Under the pieces are notes generated by a model. It was not told the DNA's origin. It saw only the letters and a list, made by a program, of their open reading frames with translations, and made no database searches. From a virus (taxonomy: Duplodnaviria; Caudoviricetes): DNA of 57,191 nucleotides. Positions 25,332-35,164 of the stretch are shown one piece after another. Numbering within the stretch: the first letter of the stretch is position 1; every line of letters begins with the position of its first letter. The translations under genes were made by a program, and so were the position numbers. Location of the stretch: IMG/VR virus record IMGVR_UViG_3300024262_000034, positions 1-57,191 of that record. One strand, given 5' to 3'.

Positions 25332-25671
25332 TTAGTTTGCAATCCTCTACCAACTTATCCAGACGTTCAGCCTTGTTCACCAGTTTGTCATAATCTTCGT
25401 CAGCCAGATCATCCAAGACCGGAACAAGGATTTTATGGATATGTCTTATGTTCAATCCGGTTCCCTTACAGGATTCACACTCCGGGAGTGGCTGTCCAGT
25501 AATTTCGTGTATTCCAAATATAAAATTCCTAACGTTTGAATCAATTCGCATACTACGACATGTACCGTTGCAAGTCTTACATAGATATTTCTTTAAATGA
25601 AACAATGGACGCAAGGTATCAAGCTCTTGCTTGATACATCTAAACTCATGCACGATTTCTTTATGTTTCAT
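25324..25671 (-). CDS. DnaJ-type zinc-finger protein
   Basis: CKTCNGT...CESCKGTG motif. Confidence 0.6.
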   Translation of the reverse strand: MKHKEIVHEFRCIKQELDTLRPLFHLKKYLCKTCNGTCRSMRIDSNVRNFIFGIHEITGQPLPECESCKGTGLNIRHIHKILVPVLDDLADEDYDKLVNKAERLDKLVEDCKLNG

Positions 25672-25783
25672 TGCCCACTCTCCTTCCAACCACAAGTTAC
25701 ACAACTTGTTTCACCTGTATCTGAGTCATACACAACCAGAGATTTGCACCTAGGACAATAACCTGAACATATCTCATTACTCA

Positions 25784-27496
25784 TTATTCGCATTCCTTCT
25801 TTCCACTCTCATCAATATAGCAGGCTGTCTTTTCTGAAGACTTCAGTATGCCTTCACGCTTACACCCTACACGATAGGTTGTGCAGCCTTTGCAGCCAAG
25901 CTCCCATGCTTTCATATAGACACCCTTAAAGTCTTCCCATGCAATATCGTGAGGAACGTTACAGGTTTTAGAAACCGCAGAGTCAACCCATTTCTGAGCA
26001 TTCGCCAGTACATTCAAGTGCTCTTCAACGGTTACATGTTCACAGGTTTTACTGATAGCACTTAAAAATTTTCTACCATAGTCCTGTACAGTATAAAGTT
26101 GTGGCTCATCATTATCGGCCCTTAGCACCAACCGGTCTATCGAATAAGCGTACACGGGTTCAATCCCGGATGACACATTATCAGCACATACAGATATAGT
26201 ACCACACGGGGCGATAGAAGTCAAGTGAGAATTTCGGATTCCAAACTTTTTAATTAACTTCCTGTGTTTGGGTGTCAACACTTCCTGCACAAATTTAGAA
26301 TCTAAATAGGCAGAATCGTATGCCGGAAATCGCCCCTTTTCTTCTGCTAGATTTATTGACGCATAGTATGCTTGATGGGTGATCTCTTTCAAGAACACAT
26401 CCTGATGAATTAAATACCCCGTTGAACCATAGAGTCCACTCTCTCCGAACAACGCTTCGATACAGTTGGCTACTCCCGTGACTCCAAGGCCCATACGCCT
26501 CTTGGCCGTGGCCTCTTTCTCTTGCTCGTATAGAGGATACTTGGCATGGTCAATCACATTGTCCATGGCTCGAACCACAGCCGGGATGTCTGCCTTGAGT
26601 TGTGGCCAATTGAATTCCCATGGGGCATTCTCATAGGTTTGATACAAATATTTTGTTAAATTAAAACTACCTAACAAACACGCACCGAAAGGTGGGAGTG
26701 GTTGTTCACCACATGGGTTTGAAGCCGCAATCGTTTCACAATACCAGAGATTATTATACTCATTGATCCGATCAATGAACAGGATACCCGGCTCCGCCCA
26801 ATCATAGGTGGACCGCATGATCATTTCCCAAAGGGCACGGGCTTCAACCTCACTATACACTTCACCCCCAAATCGCAGAGCAAAGGTTTGGTTGTCCTTA
26901 ACGGCCTGCATAAACTCATCCGTCACTGCAACACTAATATTAAACCCAGTTAGTCGGCTTTGGTTTTGTTTGGCGTTGACAAACTCTTGAATGTCCGGGT
27001 GGTCAACTCGAAGCACCCCCATTTGTGCTCCCCGGCGATGGCCGGATGATGATATACAACGACACAAAGCATCGTACACCCCCATAAAACTGATCGGCCC
27101 TGTGCTATTGCTTGCGAGCTTTTTAATGATTGCCCCACGAGGTCTGAGCGTGCTGAAGTCATACCCGATACCCCCACCCATTTGCATCGTGGCTCCGGCC
27201 TGAACCAGCCGATTTAAAATAGAACCTTCTCCGGCCACCAATGAATCTTCAATCGTTCCACTAACAAAACAGTTGTATGGAGTCACCCCCTTGGTTGAAC
27301 CTACCGCAGTCTGGATACGACCACCGGGGAGAAATCGTTGATGCAATAACGCATCACGAAATTGATCATAGTGTTGATCGTTATCCGTTAGTGCCGCAGA
27401 AATTCTGTTCATTGCTTCACGGAACGATTCACCCTTGCCACGATATTTTTCAGCGTGGAGTGATTCAGCAAATTCTGTTTGAGGTCCAATATTCAA
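25784..27496 (-). CDS. nrdJ: Class II adenosylcobalamin-dependent ribonucleotide reductase
   Basis: NCFV, RRGAQM, NPCGEQPL, CLLGS, SIAP, and KGCTTYR with C-terminal Cys pair. No nrdB seen. Confidence 0.93.
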   Translation of the reverse strand: MNIGPQTEFAESLHAEKYRGKGESFREAMNRISAALTDNDQHYDQFRDALLHQRFLPGGRIQTAVGSTKGVTPYNCFVSGTIEDSLVAGEGSILNRLVQAGATMQMGGGIGYDFSTLRPRGAIIKKLASNSTGPISFMGVYDALCRCISSSGHRRGAQMGVLRVDHPDIQEFVNAKQNQSRLTGFNISVAVTDEFMQAVKDNQTFALRFGGEVYSEVEARALWEMIMRSTYDWAEPGILFIDRINEYNNLWYCETIAASNPCGEQPLPPFGACLLGSFNLTKYLYQTYENAPWEFNWPQLKADIPAVVRAMDNVIDHAKYPLYEQEKEATAKRRMGLGVTGVANCIEALFGESGLYGSTGYLIHQDVFLKEITHQAYYASINLAEEKGRFPAYDSAYLDSKFVQEVLTPKHRKLIKKFGIRNSHLTSIAPCGTISVCADNVSSGIEPVYAYSIDRLVLRADNDEPQLYTVQDYGRKFLSAISKTCEHVTVEEHLNVLANAQKWVDSAVSKTCNVPHDIAWEDFKGVYMKAWELGCKGCTTYRVGCKREGILKSSEKTACYIDESGKKECE

Positions 27497-27521
27497 TTTA
27501 AATTCCTTTGTATTTTATGTG

Positions 27522-27555
27522 TGGGGTGCAGGATTCCGCACTCTCCTGCACCCCA
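27522..27555. terminator. Strong hairpin between the lipoprotein gene and nrdJ
   Basis: 12-bp inverted repeat TGGGGTGCAGGA / TCCTGCACCCCA. No clear U-tract. Confidence 0.5.
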
Positions 27556-27570
27556 TGACCGTAAATATAA

Positions 27571-27963
27571 TTAAACAGAGTCAACAGAGGCTGGTGGCTT
27601 AGCCGTAGCCTGAGCTAACTTTCGACGCTGCAAATAAGCAAGTACACCAAGTCCCACGGCTATGTATCCTCCGTAGGGTTCAGGCACTAACGGTATCAAA
27701 TAATTACCGATGTGATGTACTTGTTCATCCTCGGTAGCTTCTGCCGGGATTTTGCTAACTAAATCTTCAACCTGTGCTCGCACAGCCTCAACCTTTTCGA
27801 GATTTTCTTCCTTCAGAGCTAACTGAAGTAACGACTGAATCTCGACCAAATCCTGCTGCACAACAGGCTTATCCTGCTGCCAAGTGGAACACCCGGCAAT
27901 CAGACCGGCTCCCAAACACAATATCAATACCATAAGTATTGAAGTTACTACACTACTTTTCAT
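27571..27963 (-). CDS. Lipoprotein with C-terminal transmembrane segment (unimolecular-spanin-like architecture)
   Basis: Signal peptide with lipobox LIAG-C, helical core, then YIAVGLGVLAYL followed by RRK. Confidence 0.6.
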   Translation of the reverse strand: MKSSVVTSILMVLILCLGAGLIAGCSTWQQDKPVVQQDLVEIQSLLQLALKEENLEKVEAVRAQVEDLVSKIPAEATEDEQVHHIGNYLIPLVPEPYGGYIAVGLGVLAYLQRRKLAQATAKPPASVDSV

Positions 27964-28017
27964 TACAAAGTTTCCTTTCAAAATTAAAAATCAGTTACAA
28001 AACATGAACACCACAAA

Positions 28018-28194
28018 CTATTTGAGCATCGCATCATCCTTTCTTTTATTCCAACAGCAATTTTTATATTTCCTACCAGACTTACACGGGCATGGATCGT
28101 TGCGGCTTATTTTATGACCTCTTCGTACCAACTGCCCGGAAATTATATACTTTGTGTTCAGTTTGGGGCACACCCGATCTTTATTCTCGACCAT
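28018..28194 (-). CDS. SEC-C motif protein
   Basis: [19 protein letters not shown] motif. Confidence 0.75.
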   Translation of the reverse strand: MVENKDRVCPKLNTKYIISGQLVRRGHKISRNDPCPCKSGRKYKNCCWNKRKDDAMLK

Positions 28195-28864
28195 GAATGA
28201 ATCTCCAAATAGCATACGCTGCCATACACACTTCAGACGCAATGCTCTTACCCATGTCTGACTCCGGCGTGCGTAGGCTGGAAATACCTACAATGTTGTC
28301 GTGGTAGAGTATAGGTCCACCAGAGTTGCCGGGGTTAATATCTAAGTCTGTACATAAATAATGCTGGCTATTTTGTCGAGCTTTATGTCCGTAGCTATGC
28401 CACAGCCGGACCTTATAGGGAAAACCAATGGCTTCGAGCTTATTACCAACAGGAACTTTCTTCGATGGATATAAATCCAACCAGTGGTGCTTCGGGGGAT
28501 GCTTTAATTGAATAATGGCAACGTCATACTTTTCCAGCAACAACGTCTTGTTTGGGTCAATCTTATACTGGTTTGCACCAACAGAGACGGTAATGACTGA
28601 AGGAATCTTGAACTTCGTGCCGAACAACTCCAACTCAAAATCATCAATGATGTGTGCTGCCGTAAGTATCACACCATCAGGACCAATGAATACGCCTGAA
28701 CCACTGGATGTCTCGGTGGATATTTCGACCACAGCCTCTTCATTCAAAGGTTGTGTGAAATGAAAACCTGTATAACTACACACTGTTAAAGCTATACATA
28801 TCACTAAAGCTATTCCAGTAATTGATAAAGCAATCGTACCAAAATTTACGTTATCATTTTTCAC
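28181..28864 (-). CDS. Membrane-anchored trypsin-like serine protease
   Basis: N-terminal TM segment. GSG, TAAH, DVA and PGNSGGP catalytic-triad motifs. Confidence 0.88.
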   Translation of the reverse strand: MKNDNVNFGTIALSITGIALVICIALTVCSYTGFHFTQPLNEEAVVEISTETSSGSGVFIGPDGVILTAAHIIDDFELELFGTKFKIPSVITVSVGANQYKIDPNKTLLLEKYDVAIIQLKHPPKHHWLDLYPSKKVPVGNKLEAIGFPYKVRLWHSYGHKARQNSQHYLCTDLDINPGNSGGPILYHDNIVGISSLRTPESDMGKSIASEVCMAAYAIWRFIHGRE

Positions 28865-30099
28865 ACCACCACCGTCACCCTTTCTGCGGCTCTGGTAATA
28901 GCCGTGTACAACCATTTTTTAGCATTCTGCTTGAAGCAAGCACTCTCATCAAACACCACCACTGAATCCCACTGGCTGCCCTGAGCTTTATGACATGTCA
29001 GAGCATAACCAAAATCAAACTCTTCAGCGTCTTTGTGTTCCCATGGGCTGATCTCGGAGCCTTTGCCGAGGAAGTGGAGTGTATGAACCATACACTCCAC
29101 GGACTCATCATTATCATCAGCCCGGACTTGCAGGGCAAGCTGGTCCATCTTGCCGTTCATCAGTTGATCATACCTATCATCAGACTTTAAATCTTCCTCA
29201 TACTTAACGTCGGTGACTGTCCAGAGACTTCCGTTAAGCAGGCCAAGATCGTGGTTGTTGCGAAGACACACCACCTTGTCTGTCAACATTGGTAGTGGGT
29301 TCATAAACTGCCCGTGTTTACGAATCTTGGCATTGGCGGCGTACCGGGTGGTGTTCTTACCAACTATCACTTGATCAAACTTCGAGACAGCTTCAACCCC
29401 AAGTGTGCCCCTCTTGACAACATGCGATTCACCATATTGGCCAAGCACCAGACCCCCGTTGGCCCTTACGTCGGTGGCCAGCCGCAGAATAGGGTTGTCC
29501 CTCGCCTGACGATGTATCTCTTCCAACTGAAAGTCCGGCGTTCTTTGGGTAAAAAACCCACGTCCCCTGACAGGTGGTAGCTGGCCGGGATCACCCAACA
29601 CCAAGACTTTGCTCCCGAAGCTCAACAGGTCTGTGGCCATAAACTCATCAATCATAGAGCACTCATCCAGAATAACCAGAGAGGCTTCCCGGACGACGCT
29701 ATCCATGTTGAGGTTGAAGGCGGGCTTCTTGACGTTCTCACTCTCCAGCTTGATCTGGCGTTCAAGCTCGTGAATATCTTTCTCCGGGGAATTCATGGAA
29801 AACAGGTACTTCAGTTTATCCTGAAGCTCTTTCAGACGAGACTTGCATTTATTCTTAGGCAGATAGATCAGTTTGTGGAGGGTGTTTGCCGGACAGCCTT
29901 TTTTATTCAGGACGTGTGCTGCCTTACCAGTAAAGGCGGCAAAGAGAACTGTGCCCTTGACACCCTCGGCAAAATACTTTGCCAGTGTGGTTTTTCCCGT
30001 TCCAGCATAGCCTGCCAGATAAAAGAGTTGGTCCTCTGGTCGAGACATCCAATCTTTGACGGCGTTCAGGGCGTTGTCTTGCTCTGCGGTTATTTCCAT
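28861..30099 (-). CDS. RecD/Dda-like SF1B DNA helicase
   Basis: GYAGTGKT, DECSM, GDPGQLPPV, HRQ, TCHKAQGS and YTAITRA motifs. Confidence 0.92.
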   Translation of the reverse strand: MEITAEQDNALNAVKDWMSRPEDQLFYLAGYAGTGKTTLAKYFAEGVKGTVLFAAFTGKAAHVLNKKGCPANTLHKLIYLPKNKCKSRLKELQDKLKYLFSMNSPEKDIHELERQIKLESENVKKPAFNLNMDSVVREASLVILDECSMIDEFMATDLLSFGSKVLVLGDPGQLPPVRGRGFFTQRTPDFQLEEIHRQARDNPILRLATDVRANGGLVLGQYGESHVVKRGTLGVEAVSKFDQVIVGKNTTRYAANAKIRKHGQFMNPLPMLTDKVVCLRNNHDLGLLNGSLWTVTDVKYEEDLKSDDRYDQLMNGKMDQLALQVRADDNDESVECMVHTLHFLGKGSEISPWEHKDAEEFDFGYALTCHKAQGSQWDSVVVFDESACFKQNAKKWLYTAITRAAERVTVVV

Positions 30100-30299
30100 T
30101 ATCCAGATGCCTTTAAGTTTTTAGTGAGGTCTGAAATGTGGCACAAAACTTTAGGGTTAACACTACACCAGTGCCTACCTATATCATTCTCCGGTCCAGA
30201 TAGTTGAATACCAGTCCAAATATTATCACAACTACCTGCAATAAGCAATCCCAACACACCTTGTCCATTCGTTGCAACCATACCTTGTTTTGGTTCCAT
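30099..30299 (-). CDS. Hypothetical protein
   Basis: TAATG coupling on both sides. Confidence 0.55.
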   Translation of the reverse strand: MEPKQGMVATNGQGVLGLLIAGSCDNIWTGIQLSGPENDIGRHWCSVNPKVLCHISDLTKNLKASG

Positions 30300-30997
30300 T
30301 AAAATAGTATCCATTTATTGGGGTTTTCAAGTAGTTCGGCCAACTGATCTCCAAAAATATTGGGCAGTTGACGGCCAAGCTCTCGCAATGCTGTTTGCAT
30401 CAGACCACGAATTTGCCATTGTGCGTGAGCGTTCAGGGCACGCTCTTTGAACAAGTGTCGCCACACTCTAAGGTTGTACGTCGCCACTACTTCAGTCTTA
30501 CTGCATCCGGGCAAACAACATCGGGCGTCTTCTGGTTTAATCCCCCGATCAATATATTCCAGATATTCCTCTACATTACGTTGGCGTTTCTTATACCAGA
30601 TCAAATAGGCTTCCGGGTTTTCTTGAATAGACGGTGGACAGATAAATTGAAACCCACGCTTGCCATAGTTACAATATCGTTGGCTTTCCTGTGAATACGC
30701 AGCGATACGATGACGCACCAACTGGTGGCTGGCAGTTCTATCTAATATAAACCGAGCCGTAACAATCTCATGCTCGATCACGGACACATGTTCAGACTTA
30801 ATCAACATCTTAATAAACTTACTTGCTGATTCATCCGTGATTTTAGCTTCGGATTTATAACAAACCCTACCAGCCATTTCAATACGCTGTTCCATGCCGT
30901 GAAGAATATTCAATGGCGTGATTATCTCCACACTGGGAGTAATGACATCGACCATGGAATGTTTCTCATTCAACCTATCTATTTCTGAAATATCCAT
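30299..30997 (-). CDS. thyX: FAD-dependent thymidylate synthase
   Basis: HxSVxEH, ThyX motif RHRIAAYSQESQRY and AQWQIR. Confidence 0.95.
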   Translation of the reverse strand: MDISEIDRLNEKHSMVDVITPSVEIITPLNILHGMEQRIEMAGRVCYKSEAKITDESASKFIKMLIKSEHVSVIEHEIVTARFILDRTASHQLVRHRIAAYSQESQRYCNYGKRGFQFICPPSIQENPEAYLIWYKKRQRNVEEYLEYIDRGIKPEDARCCLPGCSKTEVVATYNLRVWRHLFKERALNAHAQWQIRGLMQTALRELGRQLPNIFGDQLAELLENPNKWILF

Positions 30998-31266
30998 TAT
31001 TTTTTGCTTTTAACCTTGGCTTGTACTGATACCTTTAGTTTATTCAAATCAATTAATTGCTTGACACCCACACAGGTAGGTCCATAAATGGTATAGGCGT
31101 TTGAGATAGAATGATCTAGTGTATCCCGGAGTGCTTCCGCTTCCTCTAGTTCTAGTGTAATCAAACCATCAACCGAGCCAGTAACTATTTCAATTGTATT
31201 ATGCACTCCGCCTCCAAAGAAAAAACGATGAACAGGACTTATTATTATATGCCTGTTCATCTGCAA
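30997..31266 (-). CDS. Hypothetical protein
   Basis: ORF coupled to thyX. Confidence 0.5.
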   Translation of the reverse strand: MQMNRHIIISPVHRFFFGGGVHNTIEIVTGSVDGLITLELEEAEALRDTLDHSISNAYTIYGPTCVGVKQLIDLNKLKVSVQAKVKSKK

Positions 31267-31298
31267 CGACCAACTTACATCAGAATTTATATTCTTGG

Positions 31299-32123
31299 CT
31301 AAAAGGGAGCGTCAGCATCCACCGAACCGGAACCGCTTGGAACCGCAGCCTGATCGTCATAATCAGCCACTTTCTCACCCGATTTAATGGAATCAACCAA
31401 TGCTTTACCAAACGCCAGAACTGCATCAGACTCCCCGGGCAAGTTTAAAGATGCCGCCAGCGTTCCGTTAGCCGGTTCAATCTTCAAGCGATAATAGCCC
31501 TTGTTGTCCGGGCAGTAATAGGTGCTGACACGGAACCGGTACGCAAAGAACGGCCAGCCTTTGCCACGGGACGGTTTGAACTTATCAATCGCATCCGTCA
31601 TATCCGTGATCGCCGTGATCTTTGATTTCTTGAACGGAATGATGACTGGATCGGAATCAGCCACATTCTCTTCATTCAGGATGAACCCGAACAGATACCG
31701 GGTGTCCGTCAGGGTATTACCATTATTGGGGTTGACGTAATCATTCTTGTCATTGCGACCACCCTTGACCGCTTCAATCACCACGGGATCATTGCACTCA
31801 AGACGAGCCACAAACCGGGCATCATCATCGGCAGTACGCTCAATGAAGAACCGTTCCTTGAGGCAGGGCACAAAAACCACGCCGCCGTCAGAAGAATACA
31901 ATTCCTTACTGGTACTGTTAAACAACATACCCGGCTCCGCACCCGGAATCTTCTGCTCCGGGTCTTTCACCATTGGGGTGTTATCTTGCAAGAGAATGAG
32001 ATATGGCACACGCCTCTCATCCGCTTGAATATCTGGAGCGTAACTTTCGTCCACTCCAAAATCCACTGTAGCCAACGCACCAGCTTCACGCTTGGCAAGT
32101 GCTTCCTGTTCCTTTTTAGACAT
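31299..32123 (-). CDS. Putative ssDNA-binding or annealing protein
   Basis: PYLxLLQxxxP...GAxPG pattern and acidic tail ending in DAPF, in a replication cluster. Confidence 0.6.
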   Translation of the reverse strand: MSKKEQEALAKREAGALATVDFGVDESYAPDIQADERRVPYLILLQDNTPMVKDPEQKIPGAEPGMLFNSTSKELYSSDGGVVFVPCLKERFFIERTADDDARFVARLECNDPVVIEAVKGGRNDKNDYVNPNNGNTLTDTRYLFGFILNEENVADSDPVIIPFKKSKITAITDMTDAIDKFKPSRGKGWPFFAYRFRVSTYYCPDNKGYYRLKIEPANGTLAASLNLPGESDAVLAFGKALVDSIKSGEKVADYDDQAAVPSGSGSVDADAPF

Positions 32124-32167
32124 AATATTTCTCCGTCTAAAGGGTTAAAAAAATAAAAAGTTTATTG

Positions 32168-32755
32168 TTACTTCACCTTTGCGATTTTTACACGATGGGT
32201 GCTGAACAAGCCAGTGGGTATCTTGGAACCTTCCCCCTCTTCAAACATAGTCTTGCCCCACGCCTTGAGTGTTCCGGCGTGGACATTGGCTTCCTGCTTA
32301 ATGTCGGAAGAAACCACCGTCTTACGGGCTTGAAGTTGTTTCATCAGCTTATTGGCCAATGCCTTTTCTTCCCTCGGATAGCTGACGACAATGTTTGATT
32401 TAATCATACCCCCATACCCATTGTCTTCCAACCACTGTAACGCTTGCGGCTTCATGGCAGCAATAATACTGGTTTGAATGCTGTCAGTAAGCTCCACTGT
32501 CTTACCGTTGTTCAAGACAAAGGAAGTCATACCAGCCTCATTCAAAAGCTCCGGCAGCACTTCCATGGATATGTTTTTAAGCTCCCGATTCTTGATGTCA
32601 ATCTTGGCCTGCAAGTCAACAATATCAGAATCAAGCACAGCCATTTTTTCCCCGTAGGCCATAATCTTTTCCAGCCGATCTTCAATCTCGGCGGGGTCAA
32701 CCACATCGGTAAAAGCGTCAAACGATACGTTATCTAAGTCTTTAATTTCAGGCAT
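32168..32755 (-). CDS. Conserved phage replication-cluster protein (coiled coil plus WLxxNG...VHxxTL)
   Basis: Motifs typical of the small gene found between SNF2 helicase and SSB in such phages. Confidence 0.65.
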   Translation of the reverse strand: MPEIKDLDNVSFDAFTDVVDPAEIEDRLEKIMAYGEKMAVLDSDIVDLQAKIDIKNRELKNISMEVLPELLNEAGMTSFVLNNGKTVELTDSIQTSIIAAMKPQALQWLEDNGYGGMIKSNIVVSYPREEKALANKLMKQLQARKTVVSSDIKQEANVHAGTLKAWGKTMFEEGEGSKIPTGLFSTHRVKIAKVK

Positions 32756-32784
32756 GTTAGTGTGTTCCTTGGGTATCAGTTATA

Positions 32785-32812
32785 AGTATATCACAAAAAA
32801 TCGAAAAGTCAA
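32785..32812 (-). promoter_or_regulatory. Promoter TTGACT-N16-TATACT
   Basis: Closely matches the capsid promoter at 56872-56899 (AGTATATCACAAAAA...GAAAAGTCAA). Confidence 0.7.
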
Positions 32813-32821
32813 ACTAATTAT

Positions 32822-34300
32822 TTATATTTTCTGTAACCATTCTCTCAACCTGTCTCCATTTAATTCAGCAGCAATATCGTACTTGTTCTTTAACGAGTCC
32901 ACAATGTGCTTGTCCTCTGTCCCTTGGGCCACCAGATCAATATAAAGAACCTTGTTGGTTTGCCCAATGCGGTGGGCACGGTCTTCGGACTGGAGCCGGT
33001 TTTTCAGGTTGAAATCATTGCTGTAATAAATGACCGTCCGGGCTTCAGTCAATGTATGCCCCTCGCCAAGCGTTGCCGGAGTCGCCACGATTGCCTGAAC
33101 AGAATCAGAAGTCTTAAATAGATGCTTGGCTTCACTTCTCTGCGTGACATCCATCGCCCCGTAGTATGTGACACATCGTTCTTGTAAAGCCTCTTTGATC
33201 TGTTCGATGTCTTGCCGAAACCTTGCCCACACAATAACCTTGTGTGAAGTTTCTTCCATGATCTCTTTCAGCAATTCAATCCTTGGGTTCTTGCCTGCAA
33301 AACGGTGTAAGGGAGCATCATCATCGACCGTATCCAGTGGGATGTACCCACAGGTAATTTGTTGTAGTCGCAACAGCATGACGATGGCCATGGTTGCCGT
33401 CACCAGACCATCCCCAATCTGGAGCATCATATCAGACTTCAAAGCGTCATACGCTCGTCTTTGATCGTTGGATAGCTCAAAGAAACGATAGGTGTACAGC
33501 TTAGGCGGTAAATCAATCTCATCAATATCTTCCTTCAGCACTCGTGAACGAAAGGGAGCCGTCATCCGTTCAATCGTCGCAATATCTTTGTAGTCCACAC
33601 AGTCCGGGTAATGCTGTTCTTTAATCGTATCATCCGGCATCTTAATGTGTCTTGTACCCCTACGCCAGACACCAAACCGGGTAGTGAAGGCTCCATAAGA
33701 TCGACACCCAACCTTCCACCAGAACTTTTGGTCAAGAAATCTATATTGCGAGTACAAATCAAACGGGCCTTGAGTAACCGGAGTTCCACCGGCAATTCTT
33801 CGATAGGGGGCAAGCTCACTGGAAGCTACAATCAGTTTGGTGCGTTCTGCGGATGGGGTCTTTATGTTGTGGCACTCATCCACAACATAATAGCACTTAC
33901 GACTCGTCAAGACTTCTTTAGCGAATGCCCTGCCGGTCTTGGTAATGAATGAATTAAATGACATAGCCACCACGATCAGGCCGGGCGTTCTGATTAGCTT
34001 AGAGAGCATTCTCTGATAACGCTTGCCTTTTGCCTTGGATGTCTGATAAAAGACAGCCTCATAATCTACCGGCATGTGTGTTGTAATTTCGTGCACCACC
34101 CAGTTCTCAGGAAGTCCGGGGGGGCAAACAACTAACAAGCAATCAATCTTGCCAGCAAGAAAAAGAAAAGCCGCTTGGTCAATCATTTCCTTTGACTTAC
34201 CAGTTCCCTGCTCCCACAGGATAGCACGAACCGAGTCCTGTCCGTGCTCTACAAATTCCTGCTCTTGATGCTTAAAAGGTTTGGTTTTAAACTCAAACAT
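32822..34300 (-). CDS. SNF2-family (SF2) helicase
   Basis: EQGTGKS, DECH, GTP, LLRLQQI, GHTL and QSEDRAHRIGQ motifs. Confidence 0.92.
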   Translation of the reverse strand: MFEFKTKPFKHQEQEFVEHGQDSVRAILWEQGTGKSKEMIDQAAFLFLAGKIDCLLVVCPPGLPENWVVHEITTHMPVDYEAVFYQTSKAKGKRYQRMLSKLIRTPGLIVVAMSFNSFITKTGRAFAKEVLTSRKCYYVVDECHNIKTPSAERTKLIVASSELAPYRRIAGGTPVTQGPFDLYSQYRFLDQKFWWKVGCRSYGAFTTRFGVWRRGTRHIKMPDDTIKEQHYPDCVDYKDIATIERMTAPFRSRVLKEDIDEIDLPPKLYTYRFFELSNDQRRAYDALKSDMMLQIGDGLVTATMAIVMLLRLQQITCGYIPLDTVDDDAPLHRFAGKNPRIELLKEIMEETSHKVIVWARFRQDIEQIKEALQERCVTYYGAMDVTQRSEAKHLFKTSDSVQAIVATPATLGEGHTLTEARTVIYYSNDFNLKNRLQSEDRAHRIGQTNKVLYIDLVAQGTEDKHIVDSLKNKYDIAAELNGDRLREWLQKI

Positions 34301-34901
34301 TTTCTACCAGATCATACATTTTAATTATAGATTCTAACTGCTCTTCAAGTAAGTCCAATTCTCCGGTGTTGGCGGTGATGGTGTGATCAAAACAAAGTTC
34401 ATGTCCATCGAGTGCACAGTCTGCCACATCTTTCGTTGGAGTCAAGTCCGGTCGTTCTACATGAATAGCAATACCACCAAGACTTTGAATAAGCCTTAAC
34501 TCATTCAAGAATCGAACATCAGAGATCAGGCTGGTAAAACCAAGCTCCCGATTAACGGCAATCTTCTCTCGCATGATTTCCAGCCAAGTATCTTCAAACA
34601 CATTCTCCCGAATTGCCTTAGTGCCTAGTTTGATTAAAAGCTCCCGGTAGGTCATGCCAATCTTAGGTAAGACTGTTTCACGATCTTCAGGAAGATCACC
34701 ACGATCTTTGTACCAGTCAGCAGAGTAAACTCCAGCCCACGAATACAGCGTATGGGCAATATGCTTTAACGGATCAGCAAAAGATAATATTCTGGCTGAT
34801 GAAGAACTACCATTCTCCCAAAGCCTGCGAGCCAAGTAGCTGCAAGCGTAGTCCTTGCCAGTACGCTTTTTAAATCCAAAACCAATTAAATCTACTACCA
34901 T
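34293..34901 (-). CDS. Deoxynucleoside monophosphate kinase
   Basis: GxKxTGKD, SFADPLK, RELLIKLGT and ISDVRFxNE motifs. Confidence 0.88.
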   Translation of the reverse strand: MVVDLIGFGFKKRTGKDYACSYLARRLWENGSSSSARILSFADPLKHIAHTLYSWAGVYSADWYKDRGDLPEDRETVLPKIGMTYRELLIKLGTKAIRENVFEDTWLEIMREKIAVNRELGFTSLISDVRFLNELRLIQSLGGIAIHVERPDLTPTKDVADCALDGHELCFDHTITANTGELDLLEEQLESIIKMYDLVENV

Positions 34902-35164
34902 TACTTCTGTTCCTTTAACATTTTTCTAAAATAAGCATTCTCTCTTCGGAGAGCTTCGTTATCAAACATAATATATTTAATCACAATGCGAATGTATTGA
35001 AGAGATTCAAACACCTTTTCAAAAAACGGCTTTTCTCTCTTTGGCAAAACAGTCTGCTTACCGACAAAGGTATCCAGCTTGTGTCGTTCAGTCGGAGATA
35101 AAGAATCAAACGTCTGGAGTATTTTCATAATTTCTTCATGCAACAGTGTACTGTTTTTATCCAC
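34901..35164 (-). CDS. Small coiled-coil protein resembling a Planctomycetota-conserved hypothetical protein
   Basis: ESLQYIRIVIKYIMFDNEALRRENAYFRKML compared with the recalled planctomycete consensus ESLDYLRLSIKYLVFDLEATRRENxYLRKML. Confidence 0.65.
   Translation of the reverse strand: MDKNSTLLHEEIMKILQTFDSLSPTERHKLDTFVGKQTVLPKREKPFFEKVFESLQYIRIVIKYIMFDNEALRRENAYFRKMLKEQK

Noticed and set aside
16268-27496. Inteins, introns or homing endonucleases in primase, polA or nrdJ
   Set aside because: The ORFs are continuous and of normal length, with no splicing or LAGLIDADG/HNH motifs.
27497-27570. Cobalamin riboswitch upstream of nrdJ
   Set aside because: The intergenic space is only about 75 nt with a single hairpin and no B12-box.
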